Positions 39,501 through 48,144 of a stretch of DNA of 62,379 nt are shown one piece after another (position 1 is the first letter of the stretch; each line of letters begins with the position of its first letter). The position numbers and the translations under genes were made by a program. The stretch spans positions 1-62,379 of the forward strand of contig JAUWMC010000001.1 of the NCBI GenBank assembly GCA_030613375.1. The letters are read 5' to 3'. This stretch comes from Candidatus Micrarchaeota archaeon (GTDB lineage: Archaea > Micrarchaeota > Micrarchaeia > Anstonellales > Bilamarchaeaceae). The notes beneath the pieces are model-generated. The model saw only the letters and a list, made by a program, of their open reading frames with translations, had not been told where the DNA came from and made no database searches.

Positions 39501-39846
39501 CGTGAATATGCAAAATGCTGCAGAGCGTTTAATCCTGAGCCACTTTATTCCAGACCTCTACGGAAATTTGCGCTCTTATTCCAGGCAGACCTTCCGCTGT
39601 GTAGGTTGCAATACAATCTTCAGAAGAACCCCGCTTTCAGGAAAATGTACCCATTGTGGAGGAAAACTCACCCTTACTATCCACAAAGGAGGCATAATGA
39701 AATACCTTGAAATCTCCAAGCGCATGGTTGAAGAGTACTCCCTTCCTCTCTACTTAGGCCAGAGGCTCGAGCTCCTTGAAAAGGAAATCGGAAGCATCTT
39801 TGAAGATGAGAAAATCAAGCAGACTGGTCTTTCTGATTTTATGTGA
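36505..39846 (+). CDS. polC: DNA polymerase D large subunit DP2 (no intein)
   Basis: FAGPIRSAGGT, GGFRLRYGRSR, DGTCRFDATD, KRRNCDGDED, RGGTMDAPL, C-terminal PIP box QTGLSDFM. Confidence 0.98.
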   Translation: MDYFETLRKDLDRVYTLAQEARRQGLDPENKVEIPIAKDVAARVEGLVGPRGIASIIRDMEQGGMSRPEIAFNIAEKLASGEILQGDKRTLIEQAIRTSVGILTEGVLVAPTEGIADVQINQNPDGSDYVSVLFAGPIRSAGGTVAALSVALADHARKKAGIGDFRPTETEIARYVEEVNVYEHRCVHLQYKPPDEHVAHIIRNCPVCIDGDPTEEVEVSVHRDLERIKSNRIRGGVALVTCEGIAAKAPKVLKFTKKFGLGWDWLQEVIKVKKKADKVEIKPDLSYLEGLVAGRPVFSYPMEKGGFRLRYGRSRTNGIMGRNVHPATMYLLDSFAANGTHVKVERPGKGAILTACDSIEGPVVKLKDGSVVKVKTSQQAEELHDDVEQVLFIGDMLVTYGDFYKTNHPMMPAGYCLEWWVQEAQEAGIENPPETPSAKEAFELSRKNKAPLHPDHTYPWNDSSNEKLLALSTSLSEGIMKLDGGEIVGLELPTLDGKEILEELLVEHKVLDSKILFDGDSAFTLLSSFGMLSGREISPPPQLNDELTPLENINSLSEITIRNKNPTYIGARMGRPEKARERMMDGRPHVLFPTATMKDRSITKRYKSLKAREKERSINADIARYKCTGCGITTFYARCHSCGEVAKQERICQKCSAVTTEKEHCEMPTLFHDRRPVPLVEMYEAVKSELGFAPPEVRGVKGMISMNKIPERLEKGFLRAKHDVYVFRDGTCRFDATDAPMTHFRISEIGQTPEGIRKLGYTQDHKGKPITTADQVIALNCQDIIIASSGMDYMARMTDFMDDLLVNLYGMKPFYEVQNREDLFGHLVVGLSPHTSGGVLGRIIGYTDANVCYAHPYFHTAKRRNCDGDEDTIILLLDCLINFSRAYLSNRRGGTMDAPLTITPQINPNEVDDEVHCMEVLNKYPLEFYRACERNVFPGEIKLKTVQDLLGKDEEYGDLGFTHDTETINDGPMRTSYVTLGSIPEKIKAEFELHEKLRPVNMQNAAERLILSHFIPDLYGNLRSYSRQTFRCVGCNTIFRRTPLSGKCTHCGGKLTLTIHKGGIMKYLEISKRMVEEYSLPLYLGQRLELLEKEIGSIFEDEKIKQTGLSDFM

Positions 39847-39901
39847 TCAATCGCTAATTGTAGAAGAATAAGAAAAAGAGAAAAAGAAAAAATTAAGGAA
39901 T

Positions 39902-40342
39902 TTATACGTATTTCCTTGCCATCGGTCCGATGTATGGAAGCTCATATTCCTCTCCATTGAATGCTTTGTATGCACAATAGAGGGCCGCTACACATGCAAC
40001 AAGCCAAATCGCAATTCCTGCAAGTCCGAATACGCATGCAAGCACTCCAATTACGGGAATGAAGCCTACAATCGTGCTGATAATGAAGAGCACAACAGCG
40101 ACAACGAATGTCCCTACCCAGAGAAGAATTGACTGCATTGAGTGGAACCTCAGAGACTTGTCATCCTTCTTAACTAGGTACATAATAATTGCGATCAGCC
40201 CGATAATATAACCCACAGCTGCCAGAAGGTTGCTTTCACTGGCTCCTCCGGAGGAAGCCGCTGGTTTACTTTCCACTGGCTTCTTTTCCACAGGCTTTTC
40301 TGCAGGCGTCTCGGCTTTAGTTTCAGTTTTCTTTTCAGCCAT
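39902..40342 (-). CDS. DUF4870-like membrane protein
   Basis: NLLAAVGY...RFHSMQSILL...AYKAFNGEEYELPYIG; start reassigned to ATG 40342. Confidence 0.85.
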   Translation of the reverse strand: MAEKKTETKAETPAEKPVEKKPVESKPAASSGGASESNLLAAVGYIIGLIAIIMYLVKKDDKSLRFHSMQSILLWVGTFVVAVVLFIISTIVGFIPVIGVLACVFGLAGIAIWLVACVAALYCAYKAFNGEEYELPYIGPMARKYV

Positions 40343-40466
40343 TAAACCACCATTATTCGAACCTACATAGTGCAGGATGTTTTTAAATGTTTTCCAGTTT
40401 CCCTCTTTCCTCTGTCCGGAGCCATATAAGGAAACATTTATATTTATCAACAGTCGCAATTTATTC

Positions 40467-43400
40467 ATGCAGTCTACGGCTACCCTCCGCAAAAAGAAAA
40501 AACCAGGAAGCAAGCTTGAGGGCGTAGTTGCATCACGAACAGAGTTTCCCCCTATCGTAAGCGAAGTAACGGACCATACAATCGCAGAGCTAGAAACTGC
40601 AGTAGCCCTTCTTGAAGGATCAATCGGCCCTGATCTTTTGGATGATGCATACCTCATTATACTTGGAAATGAGCCCTCACTCCTAAGCAAAGAATTCCTG
40701 GAGTTTAAAAAAGGCTCAGAGGTGATCCCCCTCCCTCCAAAAGGCGAGGAAATCCGTGGTTATCTGGAAATGTACTCAAAGCAAAGGCAGGACATTATGG
40801 AAAAGCAGATTGCAGGGGAAAAAACTAAGGAGGAACCATCATTTCTAAACATTGAAATTCTAGAGGATAAGGGCCTGTTGATAATCACCAACACGCGTTA
40901 CATCCCTCCGGGCATCAGGGAAAAGGCAAAAAATCTAGCCCCTCTTTTGGAGAAGATACTTTCTTCAGGAAACGAGGAACAGATTCTTACGGCATTCAGC
41001 TGCTGGGAGGAACTCAAGTTTTCCATGGAGCAGCACTCATATTATAAAGCCAGGGTCGGGACAGAAATATCTAGGAACAAGGTAGCTTTTGCAGAGGTCA
41101 CGGCAGAGATCTCTGAAACATATGGCAAAATAGCAGAAGAAATGATTAACAGGCTTACCGACCTTGCAGAAGGCAGACAAATTTCTCAGATTTCCACGCT
41201 TGCCACTTCCTCGTTGCAGACAAAGCTGACGAATTTGAAGGGAAAGGCTGCAGATATGCAAATGGAGAGTGCCACACGCAAATTCACAGGGATAGATGCA
41301 ATCGAGCGCATAGAACGGGGGATCGAGTTTGGCTTGTATTCCAATGTGGAAATTGTGATGTACAAGCAGATTGCAGGGGAACTGAAAGCAGCGCTTGGCA
41401 GGGTAAAAGGGTTCTCTAAAACCGCACTCGACCGCATCAGCCTGGACGGATACGAGGGCCTTGCAGGCTGGCAGAAAAAGGAAGTTGAACGCTCAATAGG
41501 CCTTGTAGCCCACCTTGAATGCATCGCATGGAAAATAGACCTGAAAGACAGGGTAAGTGCATTGAAGGGAAAGATGCCCGCCAACCGCAATGTGCCCAGT
41601 ATAGGCAGGCTGATTGCATCACAGCACATTCCCATGAACCAGCTCACGGTTCAGTCCAGGAAAGAAATGATGCTCTTAGGGAAACGCGCAAAAGAGCACT
41701 TTTCTTACCTTAAATCATTCATATACCATGCAGGAGATCTAACCAAAGAAGAAAAGGAAAAATATACTGCAAAGCTTGACCAGATGTCCAAAAACATCAC
41801 AAAGTTCCAGCTTCCAGGGGAATTTTCCACAACTTCCAAGAAACTTACCACGGCGCTTGAGGGAGTAGAGCAGGTCCTTGGGGAGCGCCATTTGGAACGT
41901 GTTGCAGAGGATGAGCAGAACCCCTGGAATGTACGCACCTCAGCTTACACTAAGCTTTATGTGCTAAGGCACAGCCTTGAGATAATCGGAGCAACCACTG
42001 CAATCGGTGGGGTTGCAGGAGGAATAAGTTCACGGAGCCCTGCAGGCGCATGGGCCGGAGCCAAGGTAGGAGCAGGAGCCGGAAGCCTGATTGTTGCTGC
42101 AGCAGGCGCATTTGTAACCGGGGATGCAATGTACCGCTACTTCTCAGGAACAGGAGACCTGGAACAGGCAGTTGAAGATATGCGTCTCGGTGCCACATAT
42201 ATGCTCTTTGGGCTTGGAGGGGGTCCGATAGCCGCGATAAGCACTCCCATAAAACTCATTGCAGGAGGCGGTGCAGCGCTTGCAAACACCCTACTTATGT
42301 GGGAAGACATAAAACGGGGCAACTACTGGGAGATTCCTGCAGACGTTGCCTATATGGCAATTGGGGGCGTTGCATTCTTCCGTGTTGCAGGGGGTGTTCT
42401 GATGGCAACTCGCCTTGCGAAACCCCTCAAGTCCGCAATGGTAATCGTAAACTCATCCGGGGTTGCCCGCATTTCATTAAAGGGGCTAAAGAAGCTGGAA
42501 ACCATCAGCACCCGCGCACTAAAAGTAGGATATACTCCTACCTGGATTGGTCTGAATGCCGCGTTTGGAGGCCTTTCCCAGTGGCACAACATCTCAACCG
42601 CAATAGAAAATGGAAATTATGGAATTGCATTTAGCTACCTGAACCGTGGCTTTGCTGAAGTTACCCGTGGAATGGTAGGATTTGATTTTGCACTCTTTGG
42701 GGTTGCAGGCTCCACTCTGAAAGCAGGCGCAGCTCCTGTTGCCCGATACTTCCGTGTAGCAGTTCCCGCTGCACAGGCAAGAGCAGTTAATCTCTTGAGT
42801 GCCGAAGGCCTTTACGAACGTGTTTCTGATCTTGCGCGCAAAGCAGGCGCCAAGACCTTCCAGCCTAAAACCAATGCACAGCTTCTTGAGCTTGCATTTG
42901 CAAGCGAAGGGAGGGTTTCTGCAGAATTCGTGCAGGCTACGCTTGGCCTGGAAAGCCGTGCAGCTGCCCACACCATTTCCACTGAGATAAACACTAGCTG
43001 GCGCCTCGCAAGGAGGATTCTTGCAAAAGGTAAGGCCGCAGGAAAGATCGCATGGAACAAGGTTGGAAGAAACATGAAGCGGATTGCAAAAACCCGCGCA
43101 GCAAGGCTTGCTGCACATGGAGCAAAGGGAGCAGTGCTTATTGGTGCAGTTGGCTACATGGAATTCGAGAATATTGAATCCCGGAAACTTGCAACAGAAC
43201 TGAACAACCTGATGAATAAGAGTGAAGCACAATTCCTCAATTACCTTCTTGCTTCCCCCCATCCTGAATTCGGAACTTCCCAGCTTGAGATGGCAAAAGT
43301 TGTAAATGCAATGAGCCTGGTCAATTCAATATCAGATGATGTTGATGATGGGGTGCACCCGCTTGCACTTCAGCTCGAGCTTGGAGGGGATATTGAAAAA

Positions 43401-43898
43401 AGAAAGCGCCTCCTGCTTTCCGGGGCAATTTCCCTGATGATGGAGGGGCATGAAGTTACTGATGAAAACCTTTCTTCCATTATCTCCGAAATGGACAGCC
43501 TTTTCACTAGAACCGGAATCGAGCTGAAGGTGCATACCCCCACCGGGACCCTTGCGCTTATGGGTTCAATCCTGCTGCAGGAAGGCCCAGACCAGTTCGC
43601 AGAAGCATATGCTTCTATGTCCAGGAATACTTCAGAGCCGCAATATCTGGACTACATGGTTTCCTCATATTACTGTGCTTCAACATTAGGGAGAAGCACG
43701 AACTGGGCTTCAGATGTTTCCTTTGAAGTGTTCCAGGCACTTATAGAGAATGACATGGAGGGCAAGGTGCTCGGATGGCCTCTTGTACGGACATTCCAGG
43801 CGCTGGAAGGACGTGCACATTCCCCTGAGCGGATAGTTGCTGCTGCGAAAAGGGCAATATGGGAAGGGAGGACAGGAGCCTTTGCAAGAGAGGAATAA
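40467..43898 (+). CDS. Giant orphan protein (1143 aa) with central Gly/Ala-rich hydrophobic membrane-insertion region
   Basis: Long ORF with upstream TATA; helical N-terminal region; hydrophobic block IIGATTAIGGVAGG...GAWAGAKVGAGAGSLIVAAAGAFVTG. Confidence 0.8.
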   Translation: MQSTATLRKKKKPGSKLEGVVASRTEFPPIVSEVTDHTIAELETAVALLEGSIGPDLLDDAYLIILGNEPSLLSKEFLEFKKGSEVIPLPPKGEEIRGYLEMYSKQRQDIMEKQIAGEKTKEEPSFLNIEILEDKGLLIITNTRYIPPGIREKAKNLAPLLEKILSSGNEEQILTAFSCWEELKFSMEQHSYYKARVGTEISRNKVAFAEVTAEISETYGKIAEEMINRLTDLAEGRQISQISTLATSSLQTKLTNLKGKAADMQMESATRKFTGIDAIERIERGIEFGLYSNVEIVMYKQIAGELKAALGRVKGFSKTALDRISLDGYEGLAGWQKKEVERSIGLVAHLECIAWKIDLKDRVSALKGKMPANRNVPSIGRLIASQHIPMNQLTVQSRKEMMLLGKRAKEHFSYLKSFIYHAGDLTKEEKEKYTAKLDQMSKNITKFQLPGEFSTTSKKLTTALEGVEQVLGERHLERVAEDEQNPWNVRTSAYTKLYVLRHSLEIIGATTAIGGVAGGISSRSPAGAWAGAKVGAGAGSLIVAAAGAFVTGDAMYRYFSGTGDLEQAVEDMRLGATYMLFGLGGGPIAAISTPIKLIAGGGAALANTLLMWEDIKRGNYWEIPADVAYMAIGGVAFFRVAGGVLMATRLAKPLKSAMVIVNSSGVARISLKGLKKLETISTRALKVGYTPTWIGLNAAFGGLSQWHNISTAIENGNYGIAFSYLNRGFAEVTRGMVGFDFALFGVAGSTLKAGAAPVARYFRVAVPAAQARAVNLLSAEGLYERVSDLARKAGAKTFQPKTNAQLLELAFASEGRVSAEFVQATLGLESRAAAHTISTEINTSWRLARRILAKGKAAGKIAWNKVGRNMKRIAKTRAARLAAHGAKGAVLIGAVGYMEFENIESRKLATELNNLMNKSEAQFLNYLLASPHPEFGTSQLEMAKVVNAMSLVNSISDDVDDGVHPLALQLELGGDIEKRKRLLLSGAISLMMEGHEVTDENLSSIISEMDSLFTRTGIELKVHTPTGTLALMGSILLQEGPDQFAEAYASMSRNTSEPQYLDYMVSSYYCASTLGRSTNWASDVSFEVFQALIENDMEGKVLGWPLVRTFQALEGRAHSPERIVAAAKRAIWEGRTGAFAREE

Positions 43899-43944
43899 TT
43901 TATAAATAATTAATGACGCAATACTATTGACTGATGGTGAAATA

Positions 43945-46695
43945 ATGGGCGGAAAACAAAAACAACCACAATCTGAATATGGCATGGTGGACGAAAGAAA
44001 ATTGGCAGGGAAAACACCCAGAAGGGTAAATATGCCACCAATACCTACACAAGACCAGATTCTCAACAAAGTTGCAAAGGCATTTAAGGTAAAGCTTGAA
44101 GGTATGGGCACTGTTACTGCAGGAGAATATGTGGAAGCATTAGAGGCAATGACAGAAAGGACGGAAAGAGTCCTTGAGCACATGGCTGAGACATACTCTC
44201 CGGAAAAGATTTATGGGGAAAATGCAGGAAAGAAACTCGCAGGAACTCCAAAATTCCCAAAATCTGACATAAAAGTTCTCACCAAAAAGCAGCTTATGCA
44301 GGCACTTGCTGAACGTGCAGAAATTCTTTCTATTGCAGAATCGCTTGAGGGGATGGGCCTTAGGAAAGTTTGTGAAGATTTAGTTTCAAGAGTAAAGGAC
44401 GCAAAAAACGTTTCAAAAATGGAGTATGAATCATTTCTAAACAGGTTCATTGCGGGGGAGGAACGCATCGAAGCTATCCTCAAGGACATTACTTTGGATA
44501 AGGGTGAAAGGGCAGGAATAAATGCACTGCTTAAGCGGAAGGACAACCTCGGTATTCTTGAAATGGGCCGGAATTTTAATGCGGTGAAAGGCTTCAACTA
44601 TCCCACGGCAGGAATCAAGGACTGGGCCTTGAAAAAAGCAGATTGGCTTGCTAGGGTTAATCTTGCAGATGCATTAGGGGGAGCAAAATGGGCGTTAAAG
44701 TTTTCATTTGTAGATTCTTCTGCGAAACTTGGAGAAGAAGTTGCAAAACAATATGAGAAAAAGCATGCTAAATTTACAAGAAAAATAAGCCTTCTTAACA
44801 TTGGGAAAGTGGCTGTTGCAGCAGCAGTTGTTCTTGGTGCAGGATACCTATTCAGGTGCGTTGGCGGATTTTTCATTGGCAGTGATAAAGGGGAAGAGGG
44901 CAGCAGGTCTTCAGTAAAAAAGAAGAAAAGGACCCCAGTCTCCCCGGCAGAAATCGAACTCTACAAAAATCCCTTGTTCAGGGCCAAGGACAAAACCGGG
45001 ACCCCAAAATTCGTTGCCATTGCCAAGCACATGACTGCCATGAAGCTATCTGAGGAAGCGCAGGTAAAGGTTGCAAAAATCCTGAACAAGCTCCCTGGCC
45101 AGTTTGTAAGGGGCATGGACCTGAGGGAGTCAGTTGAGCTTGCAATAATACTTAGAAAACTTTCACCCGGCGTGTTCATCCAGAAACTTGCAGATACAGT
45201 TGTTTCAATACAGCAGTATATCGATTCTTCCAAAACAAAAGATTTTGCTTGGACTCTTGTGAAATCCGACAAAGCCAAGAAAGGGGATGTAAACTACTGG
45301 ATTGAGAATCCCCCTTATAAAAATATCCTGACTGAAGCGTGGTATACTAGGCCGTTCCCTGCATTTGTCAAGGCAGGCTTTAAGCCAGAAACAAAATTTC
45401 TTGGAGTTCTTTTCAGTACGGTGAGAAAGGCCAAAGTGAAGAAAGGCAAGGCAATGGTTCCGCTAACGTTTGCAGAGCAGAATGAACTTGCAGGTTCACT
45501 GGCAACATATTATTTCTCTACCAAAAAGAAGAAAATTCCTGAAACGTACCAAAAAGACCTCGAAGTAATCCTGAAGCTGAGGGCCAAAGGTTTCAGGATG
45601 GGCAAAGTAGTTGCAATCCTGGCAAAATTGGATTCAATCTACAAGCCTGAGCACAGGGATCGCGTTTTCAATAGTATGCTGCCAAGGTTAGCCCCAGACA
45701 TGAAAGAGGGGGCCCTAGTTGTAGCCCTAGAAGCGCCCGCAGTCAAGAATCCTAAATTGGCAGCAAAACACTGGGAATCCGCCCAAGGGATCCAAAGGCA
45801 GCAGTTCCTCACCCTAACCGAACAAGGCTTCAAAAAACCGAAAGCAGAGGAAATAGTCTCAAACTTGCAGGCTGTCTATAAGCCGGAACATTTGGATAGC
45901 GTTTTCAAGATTATTCTGCCAAAGCTCAAGCCTGGCATGAAAGAAGAGGCTAGGGTTGTCGCGATCGAAGCATCCGCAGTCAAGAATCCTAAATTGGCAG
46001 TAACAGGCTGGAAACCCCTCCAAGCGACCTTAAGGCGATACAACCTCAGCTTAATTGAACAAGGCTTCAAAAAACCGAAAGCAGAGGAAATAGTCTCAAA
46101 CTTGCAGGCTGTCTATAAGCCGGAACATTTGGATAGCGTTTTCAAGATTATTCTGCCAAAGCTCAAGCCAGGCATGAGTGAAGGTGAGTTCAGGATAACT
46201 ATAGAGGCACCAGCATTCAGGAACAGGTCAATGGGGAATAAACACTGGGTTTCTTCTATAGACTCGCGCCTTTCATTCCTTCTGGAAAAAAATGCAAAGA
46301 TCATAAGCAAAACCCTGAGGGAAAACTCTCAGGTTTATTATGAGAAATCCATAGGGATTGTACTTGCGCTTTCGAAATTGTGGCAGAAAGAATATGGGCA
46401 ATTTACAGCTAAGGAGTTTAAGGTTCTCCATCCACAGATTGCCTCCCTTTCCAGGTCTGATTCATTAGCCCATTTGACTCCGGCTGAATTGGCAAAAATC
46501 CTGATAGTTATTTCATCATCAGTGAAACCAAAAACTATCAACATAGGTTCCGGAAAGAATAGGAAGCGTGTGACTCCAAGGGAAGAAGTGCTTAGGCATC
46601 TGGAGAACAAGTTCACAGGGCAGAAGCCAACCGTTGCAGCAATCCTTGCTGAAATGGTCAGCTATCTTGAGGCAAACCCGGAGTATACATTCTAG
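43945..46695 (+). CDS. Giant basic orphan membrane protein (916 aa) with three 79-aa repeats
   Basis: Single TM VAVAAAVVLGAGYLF; repeats GFKKPKAEEIVSNLQAVYKPEHLDSVF; RBS GGTGA before ATG 43945. Confidence 0.8.
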   Translation: MGGKQKQPQSEYGMVDERKLAGKTPRRVNMPPIPTQDQILNKVAKAFKVKLEGMGTVTAGEYVEALEAMTERTERVLEHMAETYSPEKIYGENAGKKLAGTPKFPKSDIKVLTKKQLMQALAERAEILSIAESLEGMGLRKVCEDLVSRVKDAKNVSKMEYESFLNRFIAGEERIEAILKDITLDKGERAGINALLKRKDNLGILEMGRNFNAVKGFNYPTAGIKDWALKKADWLARVNLADALGGAKWALKFSFVDSSAKLGEEVAKQYEKKHAKFTRKISLLNIGKVAVAAAVVLGAGYLFRCVGGFFIGSDKGEEGSRSSVKKKKRTPVSPAEIELYKNPLFRAKDKTGTPKFVAIAKHMTAMKLSEEAQVKVAKILNKLPGQFVRGMDLRESVELAIILRKLSPGVFIQKLADTVVSIQQYIDSSKTKDFAWTLVKSDKAKKGDVNYWIENPPYKNILTEAWYTRPFPAFVKAGFKPETKFLGVLFSTVRKAKVKKGKAMVPLTFAEQNELAGSLATYYFSTKKKKIPETYQKDLEVILKLRAKGFRMGKVVAILAKLDSIYKPEHRDRVFNSMLPRLAPDMKEGALVVALEAPAVKNPKLAAKHWESAQGIQRQQFLTLTEQGFKKPKAEEIVSNLQAVYKPEHLDSVFKIILPKLKPGMKEEARVVAIEASAVKNPKLAVTGWKPLQATLRRYNLSLIEQGFKKPKAEEIVSNLQAVYKPEHLDSVFKIILPKLKPGMSEGEFRITIEAPAFRNRSMGNKHWVSSIDSRLSFLLEKNAKIISKTLRENSQVYYEKSIGIVLALSKLWQKEYGQFTAKEFKVLHPQIASLSRSDSLAHLTPAELAKILIVISSSVKPKTINIGSGKNRKRVTPREEVLRHLENKFTGQKPTVAAILAEMVSYLEANPEYTF
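45583..46293 (+). repeat. Intragenic tandem repeat, 237-bp period, about three copies
   Basis: 45820-45940 and 46057-46177 match at 120/121 nt; the first copy is diverged but alignable in protein; outer limits approximate. Confidence 0.9.
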
Positions 46696-46743
46696 CTTTC
46701 TCCAACCTTACCTTTTTTATATTCTTTTTCCAATCATAGGTTT

Positions 46744-48135
46744 GTGAAGATATACAATTCTCTCTCCAGGCAGACAGATGAATTTGAGCCAATTGAAAAA
46801 GGCAAAGTTTACATGTATGTATGTGGCCTTACTCCCTATGACCACGCTCACTTGGGCCATGCAAGAACCTATATTTCCATGGACACAATAAAGCGATATT
46901 TTCTCCACAAGAAATTTGAAGTGCTTCATATCCAAAACATCACGGACATTGAAGACAAGATTTTCAACCGCTCAAAGGAAACAGGCAAATCTCCATTAGA
47001 ACTTTCGGAAAAGTTCCAGGGCGAGGCAATGGAAGAATTCGACCGCCTCAATATACTTCCCGCAGACCATTATCCAAAGGTAAGCGAGCACATTCCGGAA
47101 ATCATTGAAATGATAAAAAAACTTATTGAAAACGGGCATGCTTACGAAACCAAAACTGGAGTCTATTATTCAGTCTCCTCTTTTTCGGAATATGGAAAAC
47201 TTTCCGGGCAAAAACTCGAGGAAATGGAGCATGGTTGCAGGCTGAAAGTGGACGAAACCAAAAAAGACCCCGCGGATTTCGCGCTCTGGAAAAAAGGCCC
47301 GGATGTATTAACTTTCGACAGCCCATGGGGGGAAGGAAGGCCAGGTTGGCATATTGAATGCTCTGCAATGGGCATGAAATATACAAACGGAAGAACTTTG
47401 GATATCCATGGAGGGGGAAGGGACCTTATGTTCCCCCACCACGAAAATGAAATAGCCCAGGCAGAAGGTGCGCTAAACCAGAAATTTGTAAAATGCTGGA
47501 TGCACACAGGATTTCTCACAGTAAAGGGGGAGAAAATGTCCAAATCCTTAGGGAATTTCATAATCCTCAAAGATCTTCTGGAAAAATACCCTCCTTATGC
47601 ATTAAGACTATTCTTCCTACACAGCCATTATAGAAGCCCGGTAAACTATAGTGAGGAGAACATCTCCTCTGCACAAACAACCGCAGAAAGGATGTTCAAC
47701 TTTATTGAGCACGCAGATGAGCTCCCTGTTTCAGGAGGAACGGAAAACACAGAGCTCAGAAAAAAGCTCCACGGAGAAGTGGATGGATTTTATAAAGTAA
47801 TGGACAATGATTTCGACACCCCAAATGCACTTTCCCATATGTTCGGCATAATGACCGAATGTTTTTCGGAAATGCGAAAGGAGCAGCCGGATTACCCTGC
47901 AATTGCAGAAGCAAAAGAAGATTTCAAGAAGATGATGTGGATACTGGGCCTGGAAAAAGAAAAGAAGAAAATCGACCCAGAAAAAGAAAAAGAAATAGAT
48001 TCTCTTGTCCAAGACAGGGAAAATGCCAGAAAGGAAAAGAATTTCAAGCTGGCGGATGAGATAAGGGATAAGCTCTCTGAAATGGGAGTGATATTGGAAG
48101 ATACAGATAAAGGACCTAGATGGAAACTAAAATGA
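46744..48135 (+). CDS. cysS: Cysteine--tRNA ligase
   Basis: YVCGLTPYDHAHLGH, DFALWK, GRPGWHIECS, KMSKSLGN. Confidence 0.98.
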   Translation: MKIYNSLSRQTDEFEPIEKGKVYMYVCGLTPYDHAHLGHARTYISMDTIKRYFLHKKFEVLHIQNITDIEDKIFNRSKETGKSPLELSEKFQGEAMEEFDRLNILPADHYPKVSEHIPEIIEMIKKLIENGHAYETKTGVYYSVSSFSEYGKLSGQKLEEMEHGCRLKVDETKKDPADFALWKKGPDVLTFDSPWGEGRPGWHIECSAMGMKYTNGRTLDIHGGGRDLMFPHHENEIAQAEGALNQKFVKCWMHTGFLTVKGEKMSKSLGNFIILKDLLEKYPPYALRLFFLHSHYRSPVNYSEENISSAQTTAERMFNFIEHADELPVSGGTENTELRKKLHGEVDGFYKVMDNDFDTPNALSHMFGIMTECFSEMRKEQPDYPAIAEAKEDFKKMMWILGLEKEKKKIDPEKEKEIDSLVQDRENARKEKNFKLADEIRDKLSEMGVILEDTDKGPRWKLK

Positions 48136-48144
48136 GGTGTAAAA

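Noticed and set aside
36505..39846. Intein in PolD DP2
   Set aside because: Length is normal and the catalytic region is continuous; no intein splice motifs or LAGLIDADG blocks were seen.
40343..40690. N-terminal extension of the DUF4870-like ORF
   Set aside because: It overlaps the divergent promoter and the giant ORF; ATG 40342 has an RBS-like GGTGG and gives a normal-length protein.
40467..46695. Provirus or integrated element
   Set aside because: No integrase, terminase, capsid or flanking att repeats were seen around the giant genes.
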